IMG/VR virus record: IMGVR_UViG_3300014205_000188 | Location: 32,001-96,000 of that record | Direction: 5' to 3' (one strand) | Length of the DNA: 64,000 nt | From: a virus | Taxonomy: Duplodnaviria; Caudoviricetes | Shown here: positions 48,057 through 57,560 of the stretch, in pieces | Layout: each line of letters begins with the position of its first letter | Position numbering within the stretch: the first letter of the stretch is position 1 | The notes under the pieces: model-generated | What the model saw: the letters and a program-made list of their open reading frames with translations, nothing else | Databases searched by the model: none | Told to the model about the DNA's origin: nothing | Made by a program: the position numbers and the translations under genes

Positions 48057-51000
48057 ATGGCTGTTACACCCACATTTTTGGGGCCCGATGGGTTGTACCG
48101 TGACAAGTACATTTTCACCACGGACAGCTCCTATCGGTTTTTTCATGGTCGGATGGATTCGGACACAGCGGACATGCTGGTCTCTATCCGGGGTGGGGTG
48201 TGGACCTCAGACCCCGACTACGTTCTTTTTGACGGTTCCACCTTCACCATTCCGAACCCCAGTGCCTATCCCGAGGGATTACAACTCCTTCAAGGTCTGA
48301 ATCGGATAGACGTGAAGTCGGTTTTGTCTAATGGACTGACAACTGCGGCTGGCACTATTGAGGCAAACCTGGCACTAGACCGGGATGTTCGAGCAATTGC
48401 CTATCCCCCCTCTGGGGTCTACCTGGAAAGGATGGATCAGACGGTCAAGGTGTTAGTCACCGGCTTGAGTGACCCTAACGTAACGGGGTACAACTTCTAT
48501 GCATCCATCTCTCCTGGTGGTGGCATTTCCGGGTACAAGCGCATCAACCTCCAACCTGTCATCTCCTATGACACAGAAGAGGCCGTGGTTGCCATTGGGG
48601 CCCTGACCGTTGACTCCATTGTTCCCACGGATGGAGATGGCGTGCCCCTTTCCAATCCGGCCCTGTTTCGAGTCTCGGGACAACAGGTGGACTTGGCGGG
48701 GACTGTGTTGCAACTGGACTATGATGAGTCCATGGTGATCCCTGACTTGACCACCAGGTTCAGGACCACGACACAGGTCGAGGCGGTGGAGACGGTCAAG
48801 AAGTTTGTGTTCGTGCATGATCGACTTGCCACCCCCAACAGCATCACCTATCCAGCGGTGCCCTACAGTGAGTTCACAGCGGTTGCGGACACTGATCCGC
48901 TCTACTACGCTGTCACGGCGATTTATCTGATCAATGGTGCGGAGTACGAGTCCTCTTTTTCTCAAGAGGTGTCGGGCTACCCTATGATCGTGACCCCCGC
49001 CATTACGGACCTTCCCTCTGTTTCCAGACAGCAGATTGTCAAGGACACCACGCTCACAATTTTCAGATCTCATCCTGAAGTAGAGGTGAAAGAGGGTTCC
49101 TACTTGAGGGACACCTTCATTGACCCTTTTTCGACCGAGGCTGAGAGGATTCGTTTTGTTCTTGGCTTTCTACAGGCCGCTCAGAGTTTCACCACGTTGC
49201 TGGCCATTGACGACCCAACCCATTCTGGTGTCAGTGTGCCCGTCACACAGAGTCCCTACAAGATGGCTCTCATGCAGGCTTTTTTCCTGCAGGACACCAC
49301 CTCAGTCCAGAACCTGATTGACAACACTTTTGACCAGTTGGCGGCCCGACGTGGCATTGTGCGCGAAACGGGCAAGAGGTCTCGAGGTGAGGTCCTTTTC
49401 TACGTCACCAGAAAGCCTACCTCTACGATCTATCTGCCCATTGGAACAAAGGTGTCAGCGGGTTCTGCTAACTTCAGAACCACCTCGGCGGCAAGGATCA
49501 CAACAGCAGGAGCTGGGTCTACGTATAACCCAGCCACGGGCAGGTGGTCAGCAAGCGCCTATGTGCAAGCCCTAGACACGGGCACGGCTGGCAATGTCAT
49601 CCGAGATCAAATCCGAACGGTGACAGGAGGGCCCTCAGGAGTTCAGGTCACCAACTATGATCGGACGTTCGGGGGCCGGGACGTGGAGTCCAACTATGAG
49701 TTGGCAGTTCGGGCCGACGGCATGTTGTCCTCCGTGGACTCTGGTACCTATCGTGGTTACGTGCAAAAAGCCCAAGGGGTCCCCCAGGTACAACAGGTGA
49801 ACGTTGTGGAGGGTGGTCATCAACTGATGATGCGTGACCTGGACTCCGCCGGAAATCACTGGGGAGGAAAAGTAGACATCTGGGTGAAGGGTGGAAGTCA
49901 AGCCACCGTTCGAGATCTTTTCGCTTTCTCTTTTGACATCGTGGTTGCGGGTCAGTTCGAGCCTATCGGGGAGATTGGGAATCTTCGCTTCAGGGCTTTG
50001 GATTCTCGTTTGTCGGATCTCAATCCCATCATTGAGATGTTGGACATCCCATCTTGGGGCTATGAGTTTCGGGCCATCAACCCTCACAACGGCTCTGTAC
50101 GGACTCTGAACCTCACGGGGGCCACGCTCATTCGACCCGACGGGCTGCAGTTGTCAGCCACGTACAACGATCCCACCCTGATTCATCTCACAGACATCTT
50201 CACGGGGTCTTTCCGTTTCCGCACCAGTAACAAGCAGGTGCTAAGCCGACAGCCAGCCAGTGAGATTCTTTCTTTGACTCGTGTGTTGGACACCGGGTCC
50301 CAGATTCTGGTTGGGACAGCCGCTTACAGCTTGTTTCATCCCCATGACCCTTTGACGTTGGGTCGTTCCACTGCTGCAGGTGACTATCTGCAGGTGATCA
50401 CTCCCATCGATGGAACCACCGTCGAAAACATTCCTTCTGGGGTTCCTTTGGTGGTCACGGGGGAGGAGCATGTCCTCCTCAAGGGGCCCGAGTATCTCAA
50501 CAACCTGGGCGTCAACAAGTACACTGTTCGGGTTTACAATTTTGATCGGTCCGTCGAGTACGTTGGGCCTTTCCATCCTAATACCAGTAAGGACTTCAGC
50601 TTTTTGGACGAGAGTGGTGAGACACCACTGGCTGTAGTAATGGTCACGGGAGGACTCCTGACGGAGGGGTTGAAGGTGCTGGTGGACTACCAGCACGATG
50701 AGAACTACGTCGTGGAGTACACCACCAATGCGGTGGTGCAAGCGGTCCAAAACAAGGTGGAGGAGACCCGACACTGCACAGCAGATGTTTTGGTCAAGAG
50801 CGCACATCCGGTGGGTGTCAACATCTCGGCTACCATTGTGCTCCTGAAAAATCACACGGCGGCACAGGTCGACGGGATGGTGCGCACGAGCTTAGGTAAG
50901 GTTTTTGGATCCCTAACCCTGGGACAACCCTTGCGTCAAAGTGACGTCATTCAGGCGATTGAAACTGTGACTGGGGTGTCCTATTGCATTGTCCCACTTT

Positions 51001-51527
51001 CCAAGTTGGCACTAAAAGACGGGTCCCCCGTGATCAGAGAGCCCTTGGTGACAACGCAACAGGGAACGGACTGGGTTCCGCTCCCTCTCTCCGGTTGGGA
51101 TACAGACGGTGTCAAGACGTACCTGATCACAGGCCCCCTCTACTGTGTGACAGCAGACGGCGGTGGGGCCGTGAATGAGTTCCGGGGTGTCACTTTCAAT
51201 GACATGCCCATGACTTTGTCTCCCGCCGTTCCACAGTTTGACGGCAGTCCCTTGAAGGGCTTAGCTTATGGGGCTTGCATCGTGGGTGGAGCCGGTATGA
51301 GCATTCCCGGTTATCCTACTTTGGCAACTGCGAACAGGGTACTGGTTTCGTTGCCCGAGGGTGTCACGCCATCTAGCAGTGCCTTGACAGTGACCTACAT
51401 TGCGGACGGGGACACGGGGACAAAAAACATTGAGCCAGGTCCTACCGAGTATCTGGTGCTAGGGGACATGGATTTCACCTTTGATGAGGACCGAGACTAC
51501 TCGGCTCTTGTCACAGGCCGCCGTTGA
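48057..51527 (+). CDS. Baseplate J-like wedge protein with N-terminal Ig/FN3-like extension
   Basis: DQLAARRGIVR...ALDTGTAGNV...FGGRDVESNYEL...GGKVDIWVKG...LGQPLRQSDVIQAIETVTGV. Confidence 0.85.
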   Translation: MAVTPTFLGPDGLYRDKYIFTTDSSYRFFHGRMDSDTADMLVSIRGGVWTSDPDYVLFDGSTFTIPNPSAYPEGLQLLQGLNRIDVKSVLSNGLTTAAGTIEANLALDRDVRAIAYPPSGVYLERMDQTVKVLVTGLSDPNVTGYNFYASISPGGGISGYKRINLQPVISYDTEEAVVAIGALTVDSIVPTDGDGVPLSNPALFRVSGQQVDLAGTVLQLDYDESMVIPDLTTRFRTTTQVEAVETVKKFVFVHDRLATPNSITYPAVPYSEFTAVADTDPLYYAVTAIYLINGAEYESSFSQEVSGYPMIVTPAITDLPSVSRQQIVKDTTLTIFRSHPEVEVKEGSYLRDTFIDPFSTEAERIRFVLGFLQAAQSFTTLLAIDDPTHSGVSVPVTQSPYKMALMQAFFLQDTTSVQNLIDNTFDQLAARRGIVRETGKRSRGEVLFYVTRKPTSTIYLPIGTKVSAGSANFRTTSAARITTAGAGSTYNPATGRWSASAYVQALDTGTAGNVIRDQIRTVTGGPSGVQVTNYDRTFGGRDVESNYELAVRADGMLSSVDSGTYRGYVQKAQGVPQVQQVNVVEGGHQLMMRDLDSAGNHWGGKVDIWVKGGSQATVRDLFAFSFDIVVAGQFEPIGEIGNLRFRALDSRLSDLNPIIEMLDIPSWGYEFRAINPHNGSVRTLNLTGATLIRPDGLQLSATYNDPTLIHLTDIFTGSFRFRTSNKQVLSRQPASEILSLTRVLDTGSQILVGTAAYSLFHPHDPLTLGRSTAAGDYLQVITPIDGTTVENIPSGVPLVVTGEEHVLLKGPEYLNNLGVNKYTVRVYNFDRSVEYVGPFHPNTSKDFSFLDESGETPLAVVMVTGGLLTEGLKVLVDYQHDENYVVEYTTNAVVQAVQNKVEETRHCTADVLVKSAHPVGVNISATIVLLKNHTAAQVDGMVRTSLGKVFGSLTLGQPLRQSDVIQAIETVTGVSYCIVPLSKLALKDGSPVIREPLVTTQQGTDWVPLPLSGWDTDGVKTYLITGPLYCVTADGGGAVNEFRGVTFNDMPMTLSPAVPQFDGSPLKGLAYGACIVGGAGMSIPGYPTLATANRVLVSLPEGVTPSSSALTVTYIADGDTGTKNIEPGPTEYLVLGDMDFTFDEDRDYSALVTGRR

Positions 51528-51538
51528 TAGGTGGACCG

Positions 51539-54500
51539 ATGACGGACCCGAAGAGCAAAAATCTCCTTCCCGGCATGTTGTCTCAAAACCCCTCCCCTTG
51601 GGAGGGGGACAGCCAAGATCGCAAGAGGAAACGGACCGAACAGGTAGAACGAGTTCTCACTGTTTTCAAGCAGTTGGTTCCCAGCACCTATTCCAGTCAG
51701 GTCCAGGGTCCCTTCTACATGACCCAGTTCCAGGCGGTAGCTGAGAGACTTGCCGACTTCCAGATCTCGGCTCAAGAGATTTTTGCCGACTCCATGTACG
51801 ACTTCACCCGTCCTGAGGTGCTCTATCAGATCCTCGGTGACTTGGTTTTCCCTGAGGCTCGGACCCAGGGTTATCCAGAGGTGCAGGGGGACATCAGTTA
51901 CCGTACTTTTTTGCGCAGCATGGTTTCGTTACTCCTTCGAGGTTCTACTGCAGCGGTGCAGAAAGAGGGCATTGAACTGCTCACTGAAGCTACCGTGGAG
52001 ATCATCGAAAAAGGGTTAGAGGCCCGAAAACTGCTGCAGTTGGACGAGTATGGCAATCTCAAGACCACCTCAGCTTGGGGACCTGAGGATGCATTTACCT
52101 TTGAGATCAATATCTCAAAGGTAGTGGGTGAAGTTGAGGTCAATGGGGTGATGGTCCCCTTGTACGGTTTCCCTTTGGAACCCCTCACGTTGCAGAGAAA
52201 CGTGTACTTAGTACTGAGGGCGCTGAAACCGGCCCATGCCCTGTACGACTACAGGCACTTGTTTCAGGATGCCTTTGGGGATCTGTTCACTGAAAGAACC
52301 AGTTGGGAGCTGGACAGCTATTACTACCAAGATTTCCGACGGTATTGGTTGGGAGCAGCTCGCATCGCGGGAGTTTCGGGTGTGACCCGCTCTGATCGAT
52401 CCCTTTTCAGTGACCCAACCAGAGATTTCACTCCTGTTAGACCAGGGTCCTGGTTGACAATCCTGTCCGGGCCTAACTCCATTCATGCAGGAGGGTTGGA
52501 AGGAACCATTGCCTCCTCTGACATGTCTCATGTCGGGCGTTACCGTGTGACCGAGGTGTTGGCTTTTGAGCAGGACGACTCTGTTGTTCGGGCCTACCTC
52601 ACATCACCCACGGGTCTGACAGGCTACGCTAGTGTGCTTGGAGACGTGGTGACGGATACGTCCCAAGTCTTGTGGCACACCGTTCAGGAGGGTGAAGTGC
52701 TCACTTTCTTGAACGGGCCAAATGCTGGTGACTATCGAATCAATTTCCTCTTGGGTCCAGACGGTGGGCCCGCAGGTGTCTCGGGACTTGGACCCGATGT
52801 TACGGGGGCACAGGTGTCTCCAGGTATTCTGCGTGTTCAACGCAGAATGGGTCAGACGGTCGCGAGTCAGCAGTACGAGGTGCAACTGGATCGTCTTGGT
52901 GACGCCATTCCACATCCGGTGGTTCAAGAAGATGTCTCGGTGCAGTTCTCGGGTTGGAGCGGTGGCACTAGGGATTGGCTGCTAACCTCCCGGGGACCAC
53001 TGACCAAAACATGGGGGTCTATGACCCCGGCAACGAAGCAAGATGTCGTGGTCTGGGTGAACGGGGTGTCTGTTGACATTCTGGAAGTGGATCCCTACCT
53101 AGGCAAAGTCACGCTGGTGAATCCCATAGCCCTCTTGCCTTTGGGTGACCCCCTCGGAAATGTCCTGGTGGACTACAACTGGTTTCCTAATCCCATTTTT
53201 CCAATGGGCAACTTGAACACCGAGGGCTCTGTACTCAATCAATGGGATCAAGTAGGAGACGAAGCCGACGTTGTTTGGCATGGGGAGCAGATCCAAGATA
53301 GCACGCATCCGAAGGGAGCCGTTTCCACCTCCCGTTTCCCGATGAGCTTGGTGCTGGGTCCTGTTGACTATCCTGAGCCAATGTGGATCAGCCATCGTTA
53401 TCAGGGGTACGAGAAGGCGTATTCGGCGCTCCTCAACAGCCCCACTACGCTGTTGCTGAATCAAAACCCTTATGTCTCTCAAGTTCCTGCCTTTGAAGTT
53501 CCCACCAACGGGAAGACCCGATCCTTTGAGGGAACCCAAAGCCCCTTGTTGGAGGACTGGTTCCTAACGGGTACGGATGAGGGGCAGGCCAATGGGGATG
53601 GAACCTACACCGTGGTGGATGGGACCGTCGGCCCCTACAATCCTATGTCCCCTCCTCTGGCTATGTACTGGGAGCCCCTAGACCTGACTTTTCCGTCCTC
53701 CATCTTCATGGTTGGACGCCTTAGGATTTCCAGCATACAAAAGCATGGTGTGTTTACGGGTGTTGGGATGGGACTGCATGACAACAGTCACCTCTACCTG
53801 GCGGGGGCTCTTCTGGTTGACGACCCCGCTGGATTGCAAGCCCCAATGATGCACCTAGGGTTGTTGCAGGACCCTACTCAGATGTCCTTGTTGGAGAGTT
53901 GGCATGTTGGACCCTTGGCAGCAGCCTCTTTGGAATCCACATCCTCGCTCACTGCAGCATCCTCCTCTGTTCCTTTGGGTTTTGTTGCAGGCTCCCGTTT
54001 CCAGATTGTAAGTGGCACACAGGCTGGTTTCTACACCGCTGTTGACGTGGTACGGCACAGCACGGGGGTCACTGAAGTTACGGTGTCCCCTGCCTTCCCC
54101 GAAGATCCCCAGCTTTGGGGCAACAAGTATTTTGACATCCTTTTTGAGGTGGATTGGGTGTCCAGTCAGTCTACCCTGAGGTTGGTGGTCAATCCGGGAA
54201 CCAGGGTGGCCACCCTATTCGTTTCTGGTCAGATCTCAGGTGTCATAGCAGATCTGGATGGTTCCCACCCCATGCCCGAGCCTGCTCAAACGTCACTCCT
54301 GCTGAGCACGGAGTTTGGTGGCCAACTCTTTTGGGGCGCACTGGACTCCTATGCCACCTCAGCCTCGAGTTGGTCTTTTCTCCGTTATGGGGTCATCCCA
54401 GATCAAACGATCCTTCGTGGTTACGCTCAGGTTGTGAACACCGAGATGACGGTGTTGCCCGAGGATGAGACCCCCGGGTGGTTCTCTCCCGAGTTTTTCG

Positions 54501-56803
54501 GGCACTCCAAACTGAACCCACCCTCCTCGTTGCTTTTGAAAAGCACCTCAGCTAGCACCAGTCAACAGCAGACCTTTGGCTACAAGAGGATAGAACCATT
54601 TCTGGGTCAAGAATCTCACGTTGATCTGCGAGCCTCTTTCCAGGTTGACACAGGTGTCCTTGGTGCTGGGGACGCCACACTGGAGATTCAGGACGGACAG
54701 AGAGTGGCTCGACTGGCAACCCTGCTCTATTTTGAGGGGGGGACACCATGGCGTCAGCTTGTCTCCATGCCTCTGACAAGCTACGCGGGGTACATGGCAC
54801 CGGACCCCTTGGTTTGGGAGTTCTTAGACCCTGTGGGCTCGACTTCAACATGGTGGTCCGACGGACCAGACCTCAATCTCACGGTGCCAGCTGGGCAAGC
54901 AGCCCGGTTCCTGGGGACCGTGGACACGTCGAGCATGCCTTGTGGGGATTCCGGTTGGAGGATGGCAGAGGCGCAGATGTCCTCTACCTCAGAGGGTTAC
55001 TTTTTGACTCTCTCCTCTGATTCCGGGCACACGATGCACCTGTACCTCAGGGGTGGGGTGACTCCTGGTGTGAGCCTTGTTGACGACAGTCTGGTGATCG
55101 TACAGGATTACAACTTTGACTGGACGGACGGGGGGCTACACACTTACCGCTTGGTTCTGTCTAACGGAGTGGTTTCAGTTCTGTGTGACGATGTCCTTCA
55201 GGCTCCTGCTGTAGGAGACGCCTCCTTTGCTTCCGGTGGGTCGAACACGGTCATTTTTGGGTCCATGGCTCTTGCTCCCACAGCGACAACCTGGAGATCC
55301 GTTTCCTACTCGGTCTTGCCTCCGGCAAATGTCAAGAGAACCTTGGGGATTTGGTTGGGAGGTGACTCCGACGATATTGATCAGTGGCAGATACCACGTT
55401 CTGACGCGACCACGGAACCCAACTCTTATCAGGTTGGCCCCGTTGTAGAGGAGATGGACTGGAGAAATACGATTGAGGTGGACTTGTTGAAGACAGTGGG
55501 GTGGGGTGTCACCTTGATCCGTCCTGATCTGCCCCCTCCTCCTTATTACAACCCAGAGACCCCGGGTTTTCCCGAGACAGGATTTGCCACCCCAATTGCG
55601 GTGCCCTCTGCGGGTTGGATCAATGTCGAGGATGCTCTTCTACCCCGCTGGACAAGTTCCTTTGGGTCCATTGCTTTTGGAGCCCTGGACTCTCGGTCGG
55701 TGACACAACAGAAATGGGAGTACGTGCGATACAAGGTGTTCAAGACGGACACCGAGGAACACGCCTCACCCGAGCACATGGTGCTCAACCAGTACAACGT
55801 AATCTCTAGTGGTGAACTGCTTCTAGACACGTCACTGGAGACAGTGACGGTTCCGGTTGTGAACACATCCAGTTTGGATTTGAATGCTGGTCATGTGAGT
55901 GCCAGAACAATCTATCGGGTCAACGACGGGGTGCGAGACTTTTACAGCTCCTCCTGGAGTTTCAACCTTGAGACTCAGGTCCTGTCCTTAACCGGCGGTT
56001 TGACCTTCGCAGGGTCTTACGTGACCGTTGTATTCAGTCCCGGGCTACCCGTTACCAGCACCTATTTGATGTCACAACCCGTTGAGGATGGCATGACGAT
56101 CCTCAATGAGCGGACGCCACCTATCCCAATGGGTCAATGTGGGGAGGACCTGTGGGTTGAATCCTCGGGTAGCTTGAACCCTCCGTATCTGGTGTCCTCC
56201 TTTGAGAAAGACCCCGAGGCTCTGTATGAGCAGATGTCTTTCATGACAGTTGACAATGGGGGTCAGTCGGGAATTATTTTCTCCATCCAAGAGGGCGTGG
56301 TCCCAGATGTTTCTGGTTTTGACAGCACGCTAGGGGAGGACATCTATGCACATGATGGGATTGGAGCCCCCCTGCTCGGAACGGGAAACTCTGCCAACTT
56401 GTTAGCCTCGGGGTCGAAAGTTGGAGTTGGCTTTGGGGCCCATGTCCTAGGTTTTTCGGGCACATCCTATACCGAATCTGCTCGTGGCTTGAGTGACGGG
56501 GTACCTTCACAAGGTGGGGGACTTCCCGGCAAAATTCTGTTTGCATCAGGGGGGTCTTTTTATGGGTTAGCCGTTGACAACATGGGTCATATCACTACTC
56601 AACGTTTTCCTTTGGGTGGGCTGTTGAATGAGGTGGTTCTTTACCCCTGTGCGGCTCTGTCTCGTGGTTGCCCCCGCCGTACCGATTGGGTTTTGCGGGT
56701 CTGGTCTTTGAGTGTGGGGGGCTTGGACACTCCCTTGGTGGAAACGATGCCAGCGCTGACAGAGACCCTGACCGAGTTTAGCATGCTGGTGCCCCCCAGC
56801 TAG
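51539..56803 (+). CDS. Large baseplate wedge / tail protein I-like protein (~1754 aa)
   Basis: N-terminal SYRTFLRSM...LLRGST...VLRALKPAHALY is typical of gpI/gp7-like wedge proteins; follows baseplate J. AGGTGG SD favours ATG 51539. Confidence 0.7.
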   Translation: MTDPKSKNLLPGMLSQNPSPWEGDSQDRKRKRTEQVERVLTVFKQLVPSTYSSQVQGPFYMTQFQAVAERLADFQISAQEIFADSMYDFTRPEVLYQILGDLVFPEARTQGYPEVQGDISYRTFLRSMVSLLLRGSTAAVQKEGIELLTEATVEIIEKGLEARKLLQLDEYGNLKTTSAWGPEDAFTFEINISKVVGEVEVNGVMVPLYGFPLEPLTLQRNVYLVLRALKPAHALYDYRHLFQDAFGDLFTERTSWELDSYYYQDFRRYWLGAARIAGVSGVTRSDRSLFSDPTRDFTPVRPGSWLTILSGPNSIHAGGLEGTIASSDMSHVGRYRVTEVLAFEQDDSVVRAYLTSPTGLTGYASVLGDVVTDTSQVLWHTVQEGEVLTFLNGPNAGDYRINFLLGPDGGPAGVSGLGPDVTGAQVSPGILRVQRRMGQTVASQQYEVQLDRLGDAIPHPVVQEDVSVQFSGWSGGTRDWLLTSRGPLTKTWGSMTPATKQDVVVWVNGVSVDILEVDPYLGKVTLVNPIALLPLGDPLGNVLVDYNWFPNPIFPMGNLNTEGSVLNQWDQVGDEADVVWHGEQIQDSTHPKGAVSTSRFPMSLVLGPVDYPEPMWISHRYQGYEKAYSALLNSPTTLLLNQNPYVSQVPAFEVPTNGKTRSFEGTQSPLLEDWFLTGTDEGQANGDGTYTVVDGTVGPYNPMSPPLAMYWEPLDLTFPSSIFMVGRLRISSIQKHGVFTGVGMGLHDNSHLYLAGALLVDDPAGLQAPMMHLGLLQDPTQMSLLESWHVGPLAAASLESTSSLTAASSSVPLGFVAGSRFQIVSGTQAGFYTAVDVVRHSTGVTEVTVSPAFPEDPQLWGNKYFDILFEVDWVSSQSTLRLVVNPGTRVATLFVSGQISGVIADLDGSHPMPEPAQTSLLLSTEFGGQLFWGALDSYATSASSWSFLRYGVIPDQTILRGYAQVVNTEMTVLPEDETPGWFSPEFFGHSKLNPPSSLLLKSTSASTSQQQTFGYKRIEPFLGQESHVDLRASFQVDTGVLGAGDATLEIQDGQRVARLATLLYFEGGTPWRQLVSMPLTSYAGYMAPDPLVWEFLDPVGSTSTWWSDGPDLNLTVPAGQAARFLGTVDTSSMPCGDSGWRMAEAQMSSTSEGYFLTLSSDSGHTMHLYLRGGVTPGVSLVDDSLVIVQDYNFDWTDGGLHTYRLVLSNGVVSVLCDDVLQAPAVGDASFASGGSNTVIFGSMALAPTATTWRSVSYSVLPPANVKRTLGIWLGGDSDDIDQWQIPRSDATTEPNSYQVGPVVEEMDWRNTIEVDLLKTVGWGVTLIRPDLPPPPYYNPETPGFPETGFATPIAVPSAGWINVEDALLPRWTSSFGSIAFGALDSRSVTQQKWEYVRYKVFKTDTEEHASPEHMVLNQYNVISSGELLLDTSLETVTVPVVNTSSLDLNAGHVSARTIYRVNDGVRDFYSSSWSFNLETQVLSLTGGLTFAGSYVTVVFSPGLPVTSTYLMSQPVEDGMTILNERTPPIPMGQCGEDLWVESSGSLNPPYLVSSFEKDPEALYEQMSFMTVDNGGQSGIIFSIQEGVVPDVSGFDSTLGEDIYAHDGIGAPLLGTGNSANLLASGSKVGVGFGAHVLGFSGTSYTESARGLSDGVPSQGGGLPGKILFASGGSFYGLAVDNMGHITTQRFPLGGLLNEVVLYPCAALSRGCPRRTDWVLRVWSLSVGGLDTPLVETMPALTETLTEFSMLVPPS

Positions 56804-56821
56804 TGGTAGAGTGTCCCTTGG

Positions 56822-56838
56822 CGGTAGAGCGTTTATCA
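56822..56838 (+). promoter_or_regulatory. Candidate late promoter, copy 4 (CGGTA-N7-TATCA)
   Basis: Shared motif and spacing; intergenic. Confidence 0.5.
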
Positions 56839-56861
56839 GAGGACCTGGGAGGGTGGCTTAA

Positions 56862-57515
56862 ATGGCATTGCACCGAGACAAGACAAAAACCGTTCGCCAG
56901 GGGTTCAAGATGAGCTGCAACCTAGGGGTGTATCAGGAGGAGCCGACCGCAAGGATGAAGGGTAAGTTCCTTTTTGAGATGCGAGACGCAAAGTCAGGAA
57001 CCCTGCTCGAGTACTGGGAGAAGGAGAACATCATCACTCTCGATGCCGGGATTTTGATGGCGAGACTTCTCAAGGACAGCACCAACCCCAACCCAGGAGC
57101 CCACAATGGAATCCTGATGTTGGCTGTGGGTACGGGTGCCACGGGAAACCTTTTGAGCCCCGATGCTCCGCAAGCGGGGCAACGCCGTTTGAATGCCGAG
57201 ATTGCTCGAAAGGCTTTTGTCTCCACCCAGTTCCGTAACCAGAGTGGTGTGGCGGTGGCTTATCCCACGAACGTGGTTGATTACACCACTACGTTCGGAG
57301 AGTCAGAGGCTGTGGGACCTCTCAATGAGATGTCTCTTTTGAGCCCCGCCTCGACCAATCCCTTGGTAACCAATCCGATTATGAATGGTCCCTCAGACTA
57401 CGACCCCACGCTTGACGTGACTGGCTTTGATCTGGGAGTCAATTATCTGACTTTCAGTGTGGTGTCAAAACCCGCTACCGCTATTCTGACGGTCACTTGG
57501 CGTCTCACCCACTGA
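56862..57515 (+). CDS. Tail-collar fibre / fibre attachment protein (DUF3751-like)
   Basis: NIITLDAG...LAVGTG...LNAEIARK...TTFGESEAVGPLNEMSL...SKP...LTVTWRLT. Confidence 0.7.
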   Translation: MALHRDKTKTVRQGFKMSCNLGVYQEEPTARMKGKFLFEMRDAKSGTLLEYWEKENIITLDAGILMARLLKDSTNPNPGAHNGILMLAVGTGATGNLLSPDAPQAGQRRLNAEIARKAFVSTQFRNQSGVAVAYPTNVVDYTTTFGESEAVGPLNEMSLLSPASTNPLVTNPIMNGPSDYDPTLDVTGFDLGVNYLTFSVVSKPATAILTVTWRLTH

Positions 57516-57560
57516 GGTAAGGTTCCCGCCTGTGTCTTCTTTGGTTTGTGAGGGCTGCAA

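Noticed and set aside
57516-57560. Fifth copy of the late-promoter motif (AAGGT-tcccgcc-TGTGT)
   Set aside because: Only the spacer resembles copy 2; both conserved boxes mismatch.
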